A stretch of DNA of 64,000 nucleotides from Octopus vulgaris (lineage: Eukaryota). The stretch lies in the NCBI GenBank assembly GCA_951406725.2, contig OX597827.1:61814001-61878000 (forward strand), in the 5' to 3' direction. The position numbers were made by a program, and so were the translations under genes. Under the pieces are notes generated by a model that saw only the letters and a program-made list of their open reading frames with translations, did no database searches and was not told the DNA's origin. This document shows positions 11,794 to 24,739 of this stretch, in pieces; within the stretch, counting starts at the first letter, position 1, and each line of letters begins with the position of its first letter.

Positions 11794-13508
11794 CACACAC
11801 ACACACACAGTGGCGGTGCATCACTTAGTGGTTAGAGTATCAGTATTATGATCATAAGATTGTGGTTTCAATTCCTGGACCGGGCGACATGTTGTGTTCT
11901 TGAGCAAAACACTTCATTTCATGTTGCTCCAGTCCACTCAGCTGCCAAAAACGAGTAACGCTGCAATGGACTGGCATCCTGTCCATCTGGGGAACACATA
12001 TGCCATTGACACCAGGAAACTGGGCCCATGAGCCTGGCTAGGCTTTAAAAGGGCGCATTTATTATTATATATATACACACAGGTTTGGCTAAATATGAAA
12101 CATCATGAAAATTGTTCAAACTGAAGTCCTTCTTGAGCAACACATTTTTCCATTCGAGTCAATACAGAATTACAAATAGTATTTATAAAATTTTGATTTA
12201 CTGTCGGCTGACTTTTGGCCAACTTCTTAACAATGCATCTATGCCTTTGCCTATATTTGTTTATATCAGTGATACCCCAAACTTATTTTGTTGCAGAATC
12301 CTTATGTGATTTTTCCAAAAATTCTGAGTCTCACATCTATATTTGTTGGGAGATTTGGCTGTTATTTTTAGCAGATTAACTATTTACTCTTTTACTTGTT
12401 TCAGTCATTTGACCGCGGCCATGCTGGAGCACCGCCTTTAGTTGAGCAAATCGACCCCGGGACTTATTCTTTGTAAGCCCAGTACTTATTCTATCGGTCT
12501 CTTTTGCCGAACCGCTAAGTGACGGGGACGTAAACATACCAGCATCGGTTGTCAAGCAATGCTAGGGGGACAAACACAGACACACAAACACACACATACA
12601 TATACATATATATACATATATACGACGGGCTTCTTTCAGTTTCCGTCTACCAAATCCACTCACAAGGCATTGGTCGGCCCGGGGCTATAGCAGAAGACAC
12701 TCGCCCAAGATGCCACGCAGTGGGCCTGAACCCGGAACCATGTGGTTGGTTAGCAAGCTCCTTACCACACAGCCACTCCTTAAGCTGTAGTTATTTGCAA
12801 AACACTTATAGCTCTGTACCCATATTCTCTCTGCATTGCTTGCATCTTCTTGGCTCTCCTAATAAATCTGATTTATTTCCATCTACTTTCTTCTTGCCAA
12901 TTGTTATATTTCAAGTTTCACCCTTGTTGTTTTTTTCAGGTGTGATCAATGTGAAAACTGCAGGGATGCAAGGAGACAACCAGGCAGCAGCAGCAGCTGC
13001 AGCTGCTGCAGCACTAGGGATCAGACCTGCTGCAACCAGTGCACTACCAGCCACTGTCACCATGGTGAAGGGTAATTATCAGTGTCTAATACTTTTACCT
13101 CTATTTCTCACTTGTCGGTCTCTTCATTTTCTGCTTCTCATCCTTATCTTTTATTATTCTCTCTCACCTCCTCTTTTTCATCTCACTTTCATTTTTTCAT
13201 CTACTCTCCTTCTTTCGCCTCGCTTTCCTTCTTTTGCCTCGCTTTCCTTCTTTTGCCTCGCTTTCCTTCTTTCGCCTCGCTTTCCTTCTTTCGCCTCGCT
13301 TTCCTTCTTTTGCCTCGCTTTCCTTCTTTCGCCTCGCTTTCCTTCTTTCGCCTCGCTTTCTTTTTTTCGCCTAGCTTTCTTTTTTTCGCCTCGCTTTCCT
13401 TCTTTCGCCTTGCTTTCCTTCTTTCGCCTCGCTTTCCTTCTTTCGTCTCGCTTTCCTTTTGCCTCACTCTCCTTCTTTCGCCTCGCTTTCCTTCTTTCGT
13501 CTCACTTT

Positions 13509-13584
<76 letters not shown>

Positions 13585-16500
13585 TGTTTTAGATACATGT
13601 CAGCCGGATTGAGCAGACTTGTTGACTTTTATTTAATCACTGTCATTTCTAGGACTGCATTATCAAATATGTTCTTCTTTTTCTAAGACAATAGAGTAAA
13701 AATTCATTATTAGCGACAGAAACTGTTTTAGTGCAAGATAGCATTCTGTATATCTTACTAAACGTGGTCATACTGTATGTAGAAAACTCGCAGTTTTGTG
13801 AGTTTTTTTTTTTTTGTTATATCCACGTTGAGATATACATGAAGCTTACAGTAGAGTGAAATATGAGGGCGATTTGGCAGCTTCTTCTCGCACGCCTACT
13901 GACCGCCTAGATATTCTTGACGGCTCATAAAACTCTGTAAAACCATATTAGAGTGAGGTTGGGTGGATAGCAGCATATTATGAAGAAACGTGTTTTGAAT
14001 GTGTGTGTGTGTTTTTTTTAAAGATAGAAAACTTTTTAAAGCCAGCATTATTTATTTCCCTTCCACTTTCATGCTGCAACGCTTATTTCCCCTTTCTTTT
14101 AAGAAGGTTGCATCACTTATTTCCCTTCGTAATCGACACTTCATAAGATTTCAATTTTGGCCATTTTTCTGTAAAATTCAACAGCAAAGGAATTAATTTA
14201 GAAATTTCCTCAAAATTTCTTGCCGATATATGTATATATATATATGGTAGGAAGTTTGCTTCCCAGCCACCCATGTGGTTCTGGGTTTCAGTCCCACTGC
14301 TTGGCACATTGGGCAAGTGTCTTTTATTATACCCCTGATCTGATCAAAGCCTTGTGAGTGGATTTTGGTAGACAGAAACTGAAAGAAGGCGGTGAGCTGG
14401 CAGAAACGTTAGCAAGTTGGGCGAAATGCTTAGTGGTATTTCGTCTGCCGTTACGTTCTGAGTTCAAATTCCGCTGAGGTCGACTTTGCCTTTCATCCTT
14501 TCAGGGTCGATTAAATAAGTACCAGTTATGCACTGGGGTTGATATAATTGACTTAATCCGTTTGTCTGTTCTTGTTTGTCCTCTCAGTGTTTAGCCCCTT
14601 GAGGGCAATAAAGAAATAAGAAACTGAAAGAAGCCTCAGTTTGTGTGTGTGTGTCCTCCACCACTGCTTGACAACTGGTGTTGGTTTGTTTACATCCCTG
14701 TGACTCAGCGATTTGGCAAAAGAAGACTGATGGAATAGGTATCAGGCTTACTAGAAATAACAGCTAGCTCTAGCTGAGCCTTCCTTGTTGGTTTGAGGGT
14801 ATAGGAGTAGAAAGAAACAATTGAAAAGCAGCCATTCTTATCATCATCATCATTTAGCATCTAATTTTCTATGCTTGCATGGGTCAGTTAGAATGTGCTG
14901 AACCAGATTTTCTATGGCCAGATGCCTTACCTGTCATCAACTCTGACTTGTTTCTAAGCAAGGTAATATTTCCCAATTGCCAGATGGATTTTTCATGGAA
15001 GACTGGAAACAAACAACCTTGCTGTATTATGATGATGATGAATGATGTTTATTTACAACCATCACATGTGTGATGTCTAGACAAGGACCCCCCCATACAC
15101 CCCCCCCCACACACACACGTGTGCATGTGTAATACACTTCTTTCAGTTTCTGCCCCTTAACCCTTTCGTTACTGTATTTATTTTGAGATGTTCTGTGTTT
15201 CTTTCAATTACTTGAAATATAACATCGAATTAAGTAAATTAACTTCGTTATCATTAAGCTAGTGTTAGGAACATAAATTGTGACTAAGGTTTGGTGGAAG
15301 ATTTTAATTCAAAACTTATGAAAACAAGACATTTGTACTGAGAGCCAGAGTCGGTTTCAGCCGGGTTGGTAACGAAAGGGTTAAGGTTTTGGTTGACTCA
15401 GGGATATAGTAGAAGATGCTTATCCTAAGTGTTGCACAGTGGGACTGAACCCAAGACCACATGGTTGGTGAGCAGTCTTCTTAACTACACTTCCTCGCCT
15501 GCACCAAAATTGAATATTTGCAAAATACTAATAATACTATATGAGAACTGAAGAAACAAAAAATTCTCTCCTATGTAATAAAACTGAAGCCTAAATTTTC
15601 TTTTCTTTATTTTTCTTCTCGGCAGGTCATATTGGTAACATAGGAAATCTAATCAGTCCAGTTGGAACGTCCCAAGTTGCCACCTTGCCACCAGGTGTCA
15701 CTCTGCCACTGAAGATATCCAATGCGCAAGCTCTTCAGTTCCGTGCTCCTAGCATTATGTCATCCAATGCTGCTATGCAAAACTCGCTTACTGTGAAGCA
15801 GGGGCAGGCTGTGACAGTTGGCATGGCACCAAACCGTCACGCTGTTGCTGCAGCCCAGCATGGACCACAGCCGATTCGGATTCAGCCAGACATGTCTGGA
15901 GTGACCCATGTTAGTCACACACTGGTTCCCGCCATCATGCAGACCGTGAATTCCACTTCTCAGTCAACGATGACCGCCAACCTTGTTCAAGCTGTGCCGG
16001 CTACTATGAAACAGGCCAACAACGAGAGTAAGGACAAACTGCAGGAAATGTCAAAGGTCTCGATATCGTCGTCTGTAACTGCACACACGCTTCCGATCAC
16101 AGTTACGTCTGTTCCGATACAGATGACCTCTAAGCATCTTGTCACCAGTAGCAACAGTTTACCTGTCCATAAGCTGGCCAATGCAAACACAGCTACTGCT
16201 CATATGGTTCCCAGTTGCACTTTGGCAACCGGACACAAAAAGCCCTCCACGACGGCAACTCATGTTCACATGCTTCCTAATGTTCCCACCACAAACCACC
16301 CATCCATCCATATGGTTCCTGTAAGTAGTACCACTACTTTTGCGCTGAACAATTCAACTGCCCCCTCCATAAGAATGATTGGCCCGGCTGCTACGACACC
16401 CATTCACGTTGTGACCACGCTAACAACGACGGCCCCTGTAATGAGGGTGGCTTCTTCGATCGCTTCCACTTCTGCCAACACCAAGAAGTTGTCCACCATT

Positions 16501-19500
16501 CCGTCGCTGCAGGGAGCAGTCAACAGCAGCTCTGCTGCCACCCCACTTCAAATGGTTCATCCAGGATCTGCTTCTGTTCCTATGCAAATAGTTACCTCGC
16601 TCTCCAACCCTATCATTGCAACAATGTCCCAGCCGTCCCAACAGCAACAACAACAACAACAACAACAACAGCAACAACAACAACAGCCACAACCACAGCC
16701 TCAGCTGCAGGCTCAACCTCAATCCCAGCCCCAACAGCCCCAACTCCAACTCCAGCCGCCCCCGCCACCACCACCTCCACCACCACCAGCTCAAGTCCAG
16801 CTACATCCACAGGCCCAAACCCAAATCCAAACGTCTGTTCAGGTCCAATCCCAGAACCCAGTCCAAGTCCAGCCTCCTCAATCTCAGACTCAGGCCCAGC
16901 CAGATACCACGACGGACATACCACCTAAAGCTGCTGACACAGGCGGGAGTGTAGCTGACAAAGTGGAAGAGCTCACTCCTGGTCCCAAAATAAAGATTGA
17001 ACCTGACAATGACCCAGTCAACAGCCTTGACTGGGAAAATGGTATAGCCACGCTTCCAGGTAGCAATATAAAGGTGAGGCAAATCGGAAGCCTTTGATTA
17101 TCAAAAGCTGTTATTATGATTATTATTGTTGTTTTGATTATTATTATTATATTTGTTGTTATGGTTATTGTTGTTGTTGTTATTAAGGGGGTGAACTGAC
17201 AGAATCGTTATCATGTTGGGCAAAATGCTTAGCAGTATTTCATCCGTATGTGGAGATTTAATGATGATTATGACAATATATATATATATCCCCCTCTCTC
17301 TCACATACACACACGGCAGTAACTTCCACCTACCGAATTCAATCACAAAGCTCCGGTCGGCTCGGGGCTATAGTGGAAGACACCTACCCAAAGTGCCACG
17401 CATATATATATGGTTTTTCCCATAAATAATGCGTTTTTTTTATAGTTCTTTTAGTTTTCAGAATGAAGATAAACAAAGTTCTTTTTTAATCTGAAATATA
17501 CTCTCCTTTACTTTCTGCACTGCTCTTCCATCTATCTGGTTGACTTGCAAGGCCTCTCTTCCAAAATTCACTTGTCTGTGACGAAAAATACTCCTCCAGT
17601 ACTTTTCTGACCTCATCTATAGAATTCTTATTTTTTCCGTCCAAATCATTTTGAAGACTGTGGAATAAATGAAAATCAGATAGACCAATGACTGGTGAAT
17701 ATTGTGGGTGGGGCAGCGTTTCCCATTCAAACACCTCCAGTCTTCGGAATTTCATCCTTGCTGTATGTGGCCGAAAACTATCCTGATGGAAAAACACTTT
17801 TTGTCTTGAAACCAAAGGTGGTTGTTTTTCTGAAGTTCCTCAATTTGCTCGCAGTAGATCTCCTTTGTTATCGTTTGGTTTGGGCTTAAAAGTTCAAATG
17901 GACTAAACCGTTCATATTCCACGAAACAGATAACATGCCTTACGTGGGTGAAGACCTCCTTTAGCCTCGGGTGCCAGTGTTTCTCCTTTCCCTATCCACT
18001 GTCTTTAGTGCTTAATGTTTTTTTGAGAACCCATTTCTCATCACCAGTCACTATTCGGTCCAAAAATGGCTCATTTGTGAGACGTAACAGCAAAGAACAC
18101 ACATTCACTCTCTGCAAGTGATTAGACTCGGAAAGTTTGTGAGGAACCCATTGATCCAATGTGCTGATTTTTCCAATGTCATGCAGGTGTTGATGAGTGG
18201 TTGAATGATCAAATCTAAGCTTCTCTGCTAATTCCTCAACAGTTATGATGGAATTTTGTTCCACCACGGTTTGCAGGACATCCTCATCGAGTTCTACAGG
18301 ATGTCAGGAGACCGAGATGCCTAGCGGTTTGCTGTGGTGGAAAAGACACATCACAATGCTAAGTAAAAATGTGGTTGACCTGGCATACAGGCTCGTCCCT
18401 TGCAACCCTCTCCAGCTGAGTTCCCTAATCTTGCAGGCTTGTAAGTGCTGGTGCCATGTCAAAAGCACCCGTACCGGTGCTGTGTAAAAGACACCCAATG
18501 CACTCTGTAAAGTGGTTGGCATTAGGAAGGGCATCCAGCCATAGAAACCATGCCAAAACAGACATGGAACCTGAACTGCCCTTCAGCTGGTCAGCTCATG
18601 TCAAACGGTCCAACCCATGCCAGCAGGGAAAAACACATGTTAAATTGTGAGGATGATATATATATACATATATTAAATGTCTCTTTTTTTTTTGCATGTA
18701 ATAGTTTCAATGGAATGAATTCGGCATAATGGAAATTGTAAAAGACAGTGATCTCGAGTGTGTTGAGACGATGGAGACTAGCAGTGACCCAGGTAGTGCT
18801 GACAGTGCCTATACAGACACTAGCAGCAAACCAGATTCCAGTACAACGAACCCTGAATGTAACGGTATGTAATGTTCCGTATCTTGAATTTTTAAATTTT
18901 TATCTGTCTTGTTATTGGACTGCAGTTATGTCGTTGAACTGCCTCGAAAGATTTAGTGGAACAAATTAACTCTAGCATTTATTTTGGTATTTATTTTATC
19001 AGTTTCTTATTGACCACTAGGTTACAGGTTGATGTAAACATGCCAACATTGGTTGTCAAACCTTGGTGGACACACACATACACACACACATATAAACATG
19101 AACACACACACACAAGCACATGTACAAACACACATACACACACACAAGCACATGTACACACACACACACCCACAAGTGTCTGCGCACACAAGTGCCACAC
19201 ACAAGTGCATGCACACACAAGTGCATGCACACACAAGTGCACGTGCACATATAAACACTCACAAGCACACACACATAAACACATGCATAAACAAACACGC
19301 ACTCAGACACACATGGACACAAACACATGCACATATGCATAAATATATGCATGAATGCACACATGAATGAACATGCAATGCATATACACATACGTGCACA
19401 TAAACACAAACATGCACGTAAATGCACACAATGCACGCAAACGCACACACACATGCATGAAGACATACACATGCGTAAACACATGTAAACATACAGACAT

Positions 19501-22500
19501 GTAAGCACACACACACACACACATGACAAGCTTCCATACAGTTTCTATCTACTGAATTCATTCACAAGGCATTGGTTGACTCAGGACTATAACAAAAGAC
19601 ACTTGCCCAAGATACTGTCCTATGGAACTGAACTCAAAACCATGTGGTTATAAAGCTTACTTCTTAACCACTCATGCCTTTTTTCCTATTACATATAGTA
19701 GAGAATAATTTAGTAGTCATGTAGTGTTTTAGTGAAGTATAATGAAGTCTACAATGGTTAAGTAACATACTTGTATCAGCAGTATGTATCAGAGGTGGTT
19801 GACCAAACAAATCTGTAACATTTTGAAGTTCATTCTATGAGTTTCTTTTAGTCTTCTGTTATGTAACTTTGGGGTCAGTCCAACTGCTATGATAAGGCTT
19901 ATATTTGGGTAATAAAACCATGAACTTAATATATTATGTATTTGAAAACTGGACTTAAACTAAGTACGGTGATACAGTTTTATGATAATTTATGATGATT
20001 TTTGGTCCTGTAGTAATTTTGGTAGTAGTAATTTTGACACATCCATGTTATTAATCACAAATTGTATTAAGTTTTAAGACTGTTCTCTTTATTCTCTCCA
20101 GATTTGAGTAAATGCTCAAGGAAAGATGGCAGTGAGAATTGCCAGTGTTCAAATTGTAAATAGTAAGTATTATATAAAACAAACCTTATGACCATTTTGT
20201 GCTTTCTTACAAAGTGCCATGGAGGAAAAAAAAAAGTATATATCCTCCATGGTTAGAAGTAGTCCGGGAAAGTCTGGATTTGAATCCAGTCAAAATAGTA
20301 TCATTTTTCCATTTGTGATTGGCCTACACACACACACATATACCTTGTTTCAGTCATGAGACTGTGGCCATGTTGGGGCATCGCCTTGAATTTTAGTTTA
20401 ATGAATTGACACCAGTACTTATTTTTTTAAAACCTGGTACTTACTCTTACAGTCTCTTTTGCCGAACCACTGTTATGGGACATAAACCAACCAACACTGG
20501 TTCTCAAGCAGTGATGGGAGATACACATACACACTCACACACACGAACCACACATTCATATACACACAGAGGTGCAGGTGTGGTTGCGTGATGAAGAACT
20601 TTGGTTCCCAACTATATTGTTTTGGGTTCAGTCCCACTGTCTGGAACTTTGAGCACATATCTACTTACCCCTGGACTGACCAAAGCTTTGTGAGTATATT
20701 TGATAGATGGAAAAAAAAATCCCGTTGTTTTATAGTTGGTGTTCGGAAGGGCATCCATCTGTAAAAGCCATGCTAAAACAGTGGTGCTTGATACAGTTTC
20801 CCTGGCTTGCCAGCATGGAAGACGGATGTTAAAATGATGTTGGTGGTGGTGTGCCTGTTGTTTGGCCCATGCGAGCATAGAAAAAGTGGACATTCAAACG
20901 ATGATGAAACTGGAAAAATTAAGTATATATGCAACAAAAACAAAACCATATATGTATTTTCAAAATATAAAAAAAAAAAAATGTTTTTCTAAATGCTTGT
21001 TTTTATTTTTTATTTTTTTTTAACAGCAAACTCAAACGCTCCATATCAGAGAAGGATGAATGTTTAGAGAGGAAGAAGAAACGAAAGCTGGTTCTAAGTC
21101 AGGGCAACGCATGCGATAATAATAATAAGCAAGCTGTCATAAAGTGTGACAGTAACTGCAAACAGCCTGTTGTTGTCAAACAAGAGAAAGTAGAGGAAGA
21201 GGTGAAGAAGCCTATTACTGCCATAGCTGGTATGTTTTAAAGCATTGATATTGATTTTTTATATATTTTATTAATAATACGCATAGGTTTGGTTGTGTAG
21301 TAAGACGTCTGCTTCACAGCCACTTGGTTTTGAGTATATAAGTATTTGAAGCTGTGAGCTGGTAGAATCGTTAGCATGCTGAGTGTATTTTGTCCATCTT
21401 TACTTTTGAGTTCAAATTCTGCTGAGGTTGACTTTGTCTTTCATCCTTTTGGGGTTGATAAAATAAGTACTTATTTCTTTACTACCCACAAGGGGCTAAA
21501 CTCAAAGAAGACAAACAAGGACAGACAAACGGATTAAGTCTATTACATAGACCCCAGTGCGTAACTAGTACTTATTTAATCGACCCTGAAAGGATGAAAG
21601 GCAAAGTCGACCTCAGCAGAATTTGAACTCAGAATGTAACGGCAGACAAAATACCTATTTCTTTACTACCCACAAGGGGCTAAACACAGAGAGGACAAAC
21701 AAGGACAGACAAACGGATTAAGTTGATTATATCGACCCCAGTGTGTAACTAGTACTTATTTAATCAACCCTGAAAGGATGAAAGGCAAAGTCGACCTCGG
21801 CAGAATTTGAACACAGAACGTAGCAGCAGACAAAATACCGCTAAGCATTTCGGCCAGCGTGCTAACGTTTCTGTCAGTTCGCCGCCTTAAAATAAGTACC
21901 AATTGAGCACTGGGGTTGATGTGGGCGATTTAATCTCTCTCGAACTTGCTGGCCTTGTTTCAAAATTTGAAACCAATATCTACAGTATTTAAATACAAGC
22001 TATTACTAGTTTCATGCTGTGGAAACCTAATTAACTGGCAATCTTATATATCAAACTTTGTGTTTCCAAGGCAATGCTGGCATCGGCCACGTTCGGATGG
22101 TGCTTTTTACATGCCACCGGCACGGGTATCACAACTACAATTTCCATTTGATTTTTATTTTGATGTTGATGTACTTGACTCAATAGGTCTCCTCAAGCTC
22201 AATCTTGACTCAAATATATGCATTAATATATAAGGCCTAGCCAGTTTATCGCATTTTTTTTACCACATGAAACTAATAGTAGCTCATATTCAAATCCTGT
22301 GTATTAAATGATATTTATCTCTCACTGGATGGAGTACATTTTTGTTTCTTTATCCCACTAATAATAGAATGATAAATTATATATCCCCTCCCTTGGAGTT
22401 TGCAGTCTTATAAGATGTATGGTGATCACAATAGTGCTAGTGGCAAGATAAAAACATAGCTATTTGACTTGCGACCGTGAGTTCAATTCCCGGTGGTGTG

Positions 22501-24690
22501 TTGTGTCCTTGAGCAAGACACTTAATTTCACGTTGCTCCAGTCCACTCAGTTGGAAAAAAAAGAAAATGTGAGTGGTACCTGTATTTCAAATGCCAATCT
22601 TGTCACATTCTGTGTCACGATGAATCTGCCTCAGAACTATGTTAAGGGTTCATGTGTCTGTGGAGTGCTCAGCAACTTGCACATTAATTTCATGAGCAGG
22701 CTGTCATTGTAATTGATTGTGCTAGAGAGTGTATCTTCTTCATTTTACTTCTGTGTTCCATGTTGGCATGGGTTGGACAGTTTGACAGAATCTGACGGGT
22801 TAAAGGACTGCACAATACTCTATTGTTTGTTTGATAAGGTTTCTACAATCAGATGTCCTTTCTAATATCAATCACTTTACAGAGTATACTGGGTGCTGTT
22901 TTTCATTTCACCAACACTAGTAGAGTCCTCATGCAGCTTGCAAGACTATGATCCCCAAGTGAAGAGTAGGAGCTTTACGTTAGGGGAATGAGGAGCAGAG
23001 AAGTGTAAAGTACGAGACAAAGTGTAATATCTCATCTACATTTTTTTTCTTCTTGTTTTTAGCTGGAAAGAAATCAAAAGTTTTTACCTGGGCTCAGTAT
23101 TTGGATCAAGAGAATGCTGTAGGGGCACCGACCAAACTTTTTAAAGAGGTAAGCTTTTGATGTACTTTAATCCTGTGACATTTAAACCAACCATATCAAG
23201 TCCAAATAACTACCTATTTTATGTTCTAACCAGCCTAACCTGGCCTTTTAACCCTTTTGTTACCAACCCAGCTGAAACCGGCTCTGGCTCTTTAGTATAA
23301 ATGTCTTGTTTTCATAAGTTTTGAATTAAAATCTTCCACCAAACCTTAGTCACAATTTATGTTCCTAACACTAGCTTAATGATAACGATGTTATTTTACT
23401 AAATTCTTTGTTATATTTAAAATAATTGGAAGAAACACCGAACATCTCAAAATATATACAGTAACAAAAGGATTAAATCTACCCTACAATGTCATTTTAA
23501 TCCCCTCACAGAGTGTTGGTTCGCCTGGAATGGTAGTATAAGACCTTTGTACCCAAGGTGCTACGCGTTGTGACTGAATCAAAAACCATGTGGTTGGGAA
23601 GCAAACTTTTTAACCACTTAGCCACACTTGCACCTATTGATTATAGAATTAATTTTGCTCCAGTTTTATTATTGGTTAACTGTCTATTAATTCCTTTTTG
23701 TTTGCATTCCAGCCCTTCCCTGCATTGAAGAATGGTTTCAAAATTGGTATGAAGTTAGAAGGCATAGATCCAAAGCATCAGTCTCTTTATTGTGTTCTCA
23801 GTGTTGCTGAGGTAAGAGGGTTCCGAATTCGGTTACACTTTGATGGTTATTCAGAATGTTATGACTTCTGGGTCAACGCTGATTCATCGTTCATCTTCCC
23901 TGTTGGTTGGTGTGAAAAGAATGGCCGTGTTTTGCAACCCCCAAAAGGTTTGTCTTACAAAGTAATTCCATATTTATTATTTTTAACTTGCATCCATTTC
24001 TTTTACATGCGATATCTTTCTGTATACACTTTGTGTTTTTAACTCTTTGTTTTAAGTCGATGAAGAGAGCTTCCATATGATCAAGTGATCTGCTGAAAAT
24101 AGCAGCCAAATCTTTCAAATTGCAGTTAACCATTATCATTGTTTTCAACATCCGCTTTTTCCATGCTTGCATAAGTCAGATGCAATTTATTCCAGCATAT
24201 TTTTTATGGTTGGATGCACTTCCTGTCAACCACCTTTATACCTGGCTATCATTTTTTTTATCAGAAGATTGGAAAGGAATGACACTGTTTGTGTGATGGT
24301 GATGCACGTTTAAAACTATCACATGGTATCAAAGTGAAGCACACACACATGCAAACACATGCACAAACACAGACACTCATGCGCACTGGCACACGCATGC
24401 ACATACATGCGCACACACACACACACTCACTCACAAACACTTACACATTCACACTCACACACACAGACACTTGCACATGCATACATATACTGGGATGAGT
24501 GCACACACACCCACGCAGATTGACACACAGGCACATACACACACACACCCATGCAGAGACACAGACACACCCATGCACTCATGCTCACACACACACACAA
24601 TAGGTGTCTTTCAGTTTCTGTCTATCAAATCCACTCTCAAGGTTTTGTTCAACCCAGAGCTATATAGAAGATACTTACCCAAGGAGACTG

Positions 24691-24739
<49 letters not shown>

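Noticed and set aside
12549-13592. 347-aa ORF
   Set aside because: It is a chimera of an antisense SINE, intron, the real 132-nt exon 2 and a minisatellite.
16420-17082. Antisense ORFs over exon 3
   Set aside because: These are shadow frames of the polyQ/polyP coding strand.
17486-18267. Domesticated SETMAR-like gene
   Set aside because: It is frameshifted and 5'-truncated, with substitutions in conserved motifs, no SET domain and no splice link.
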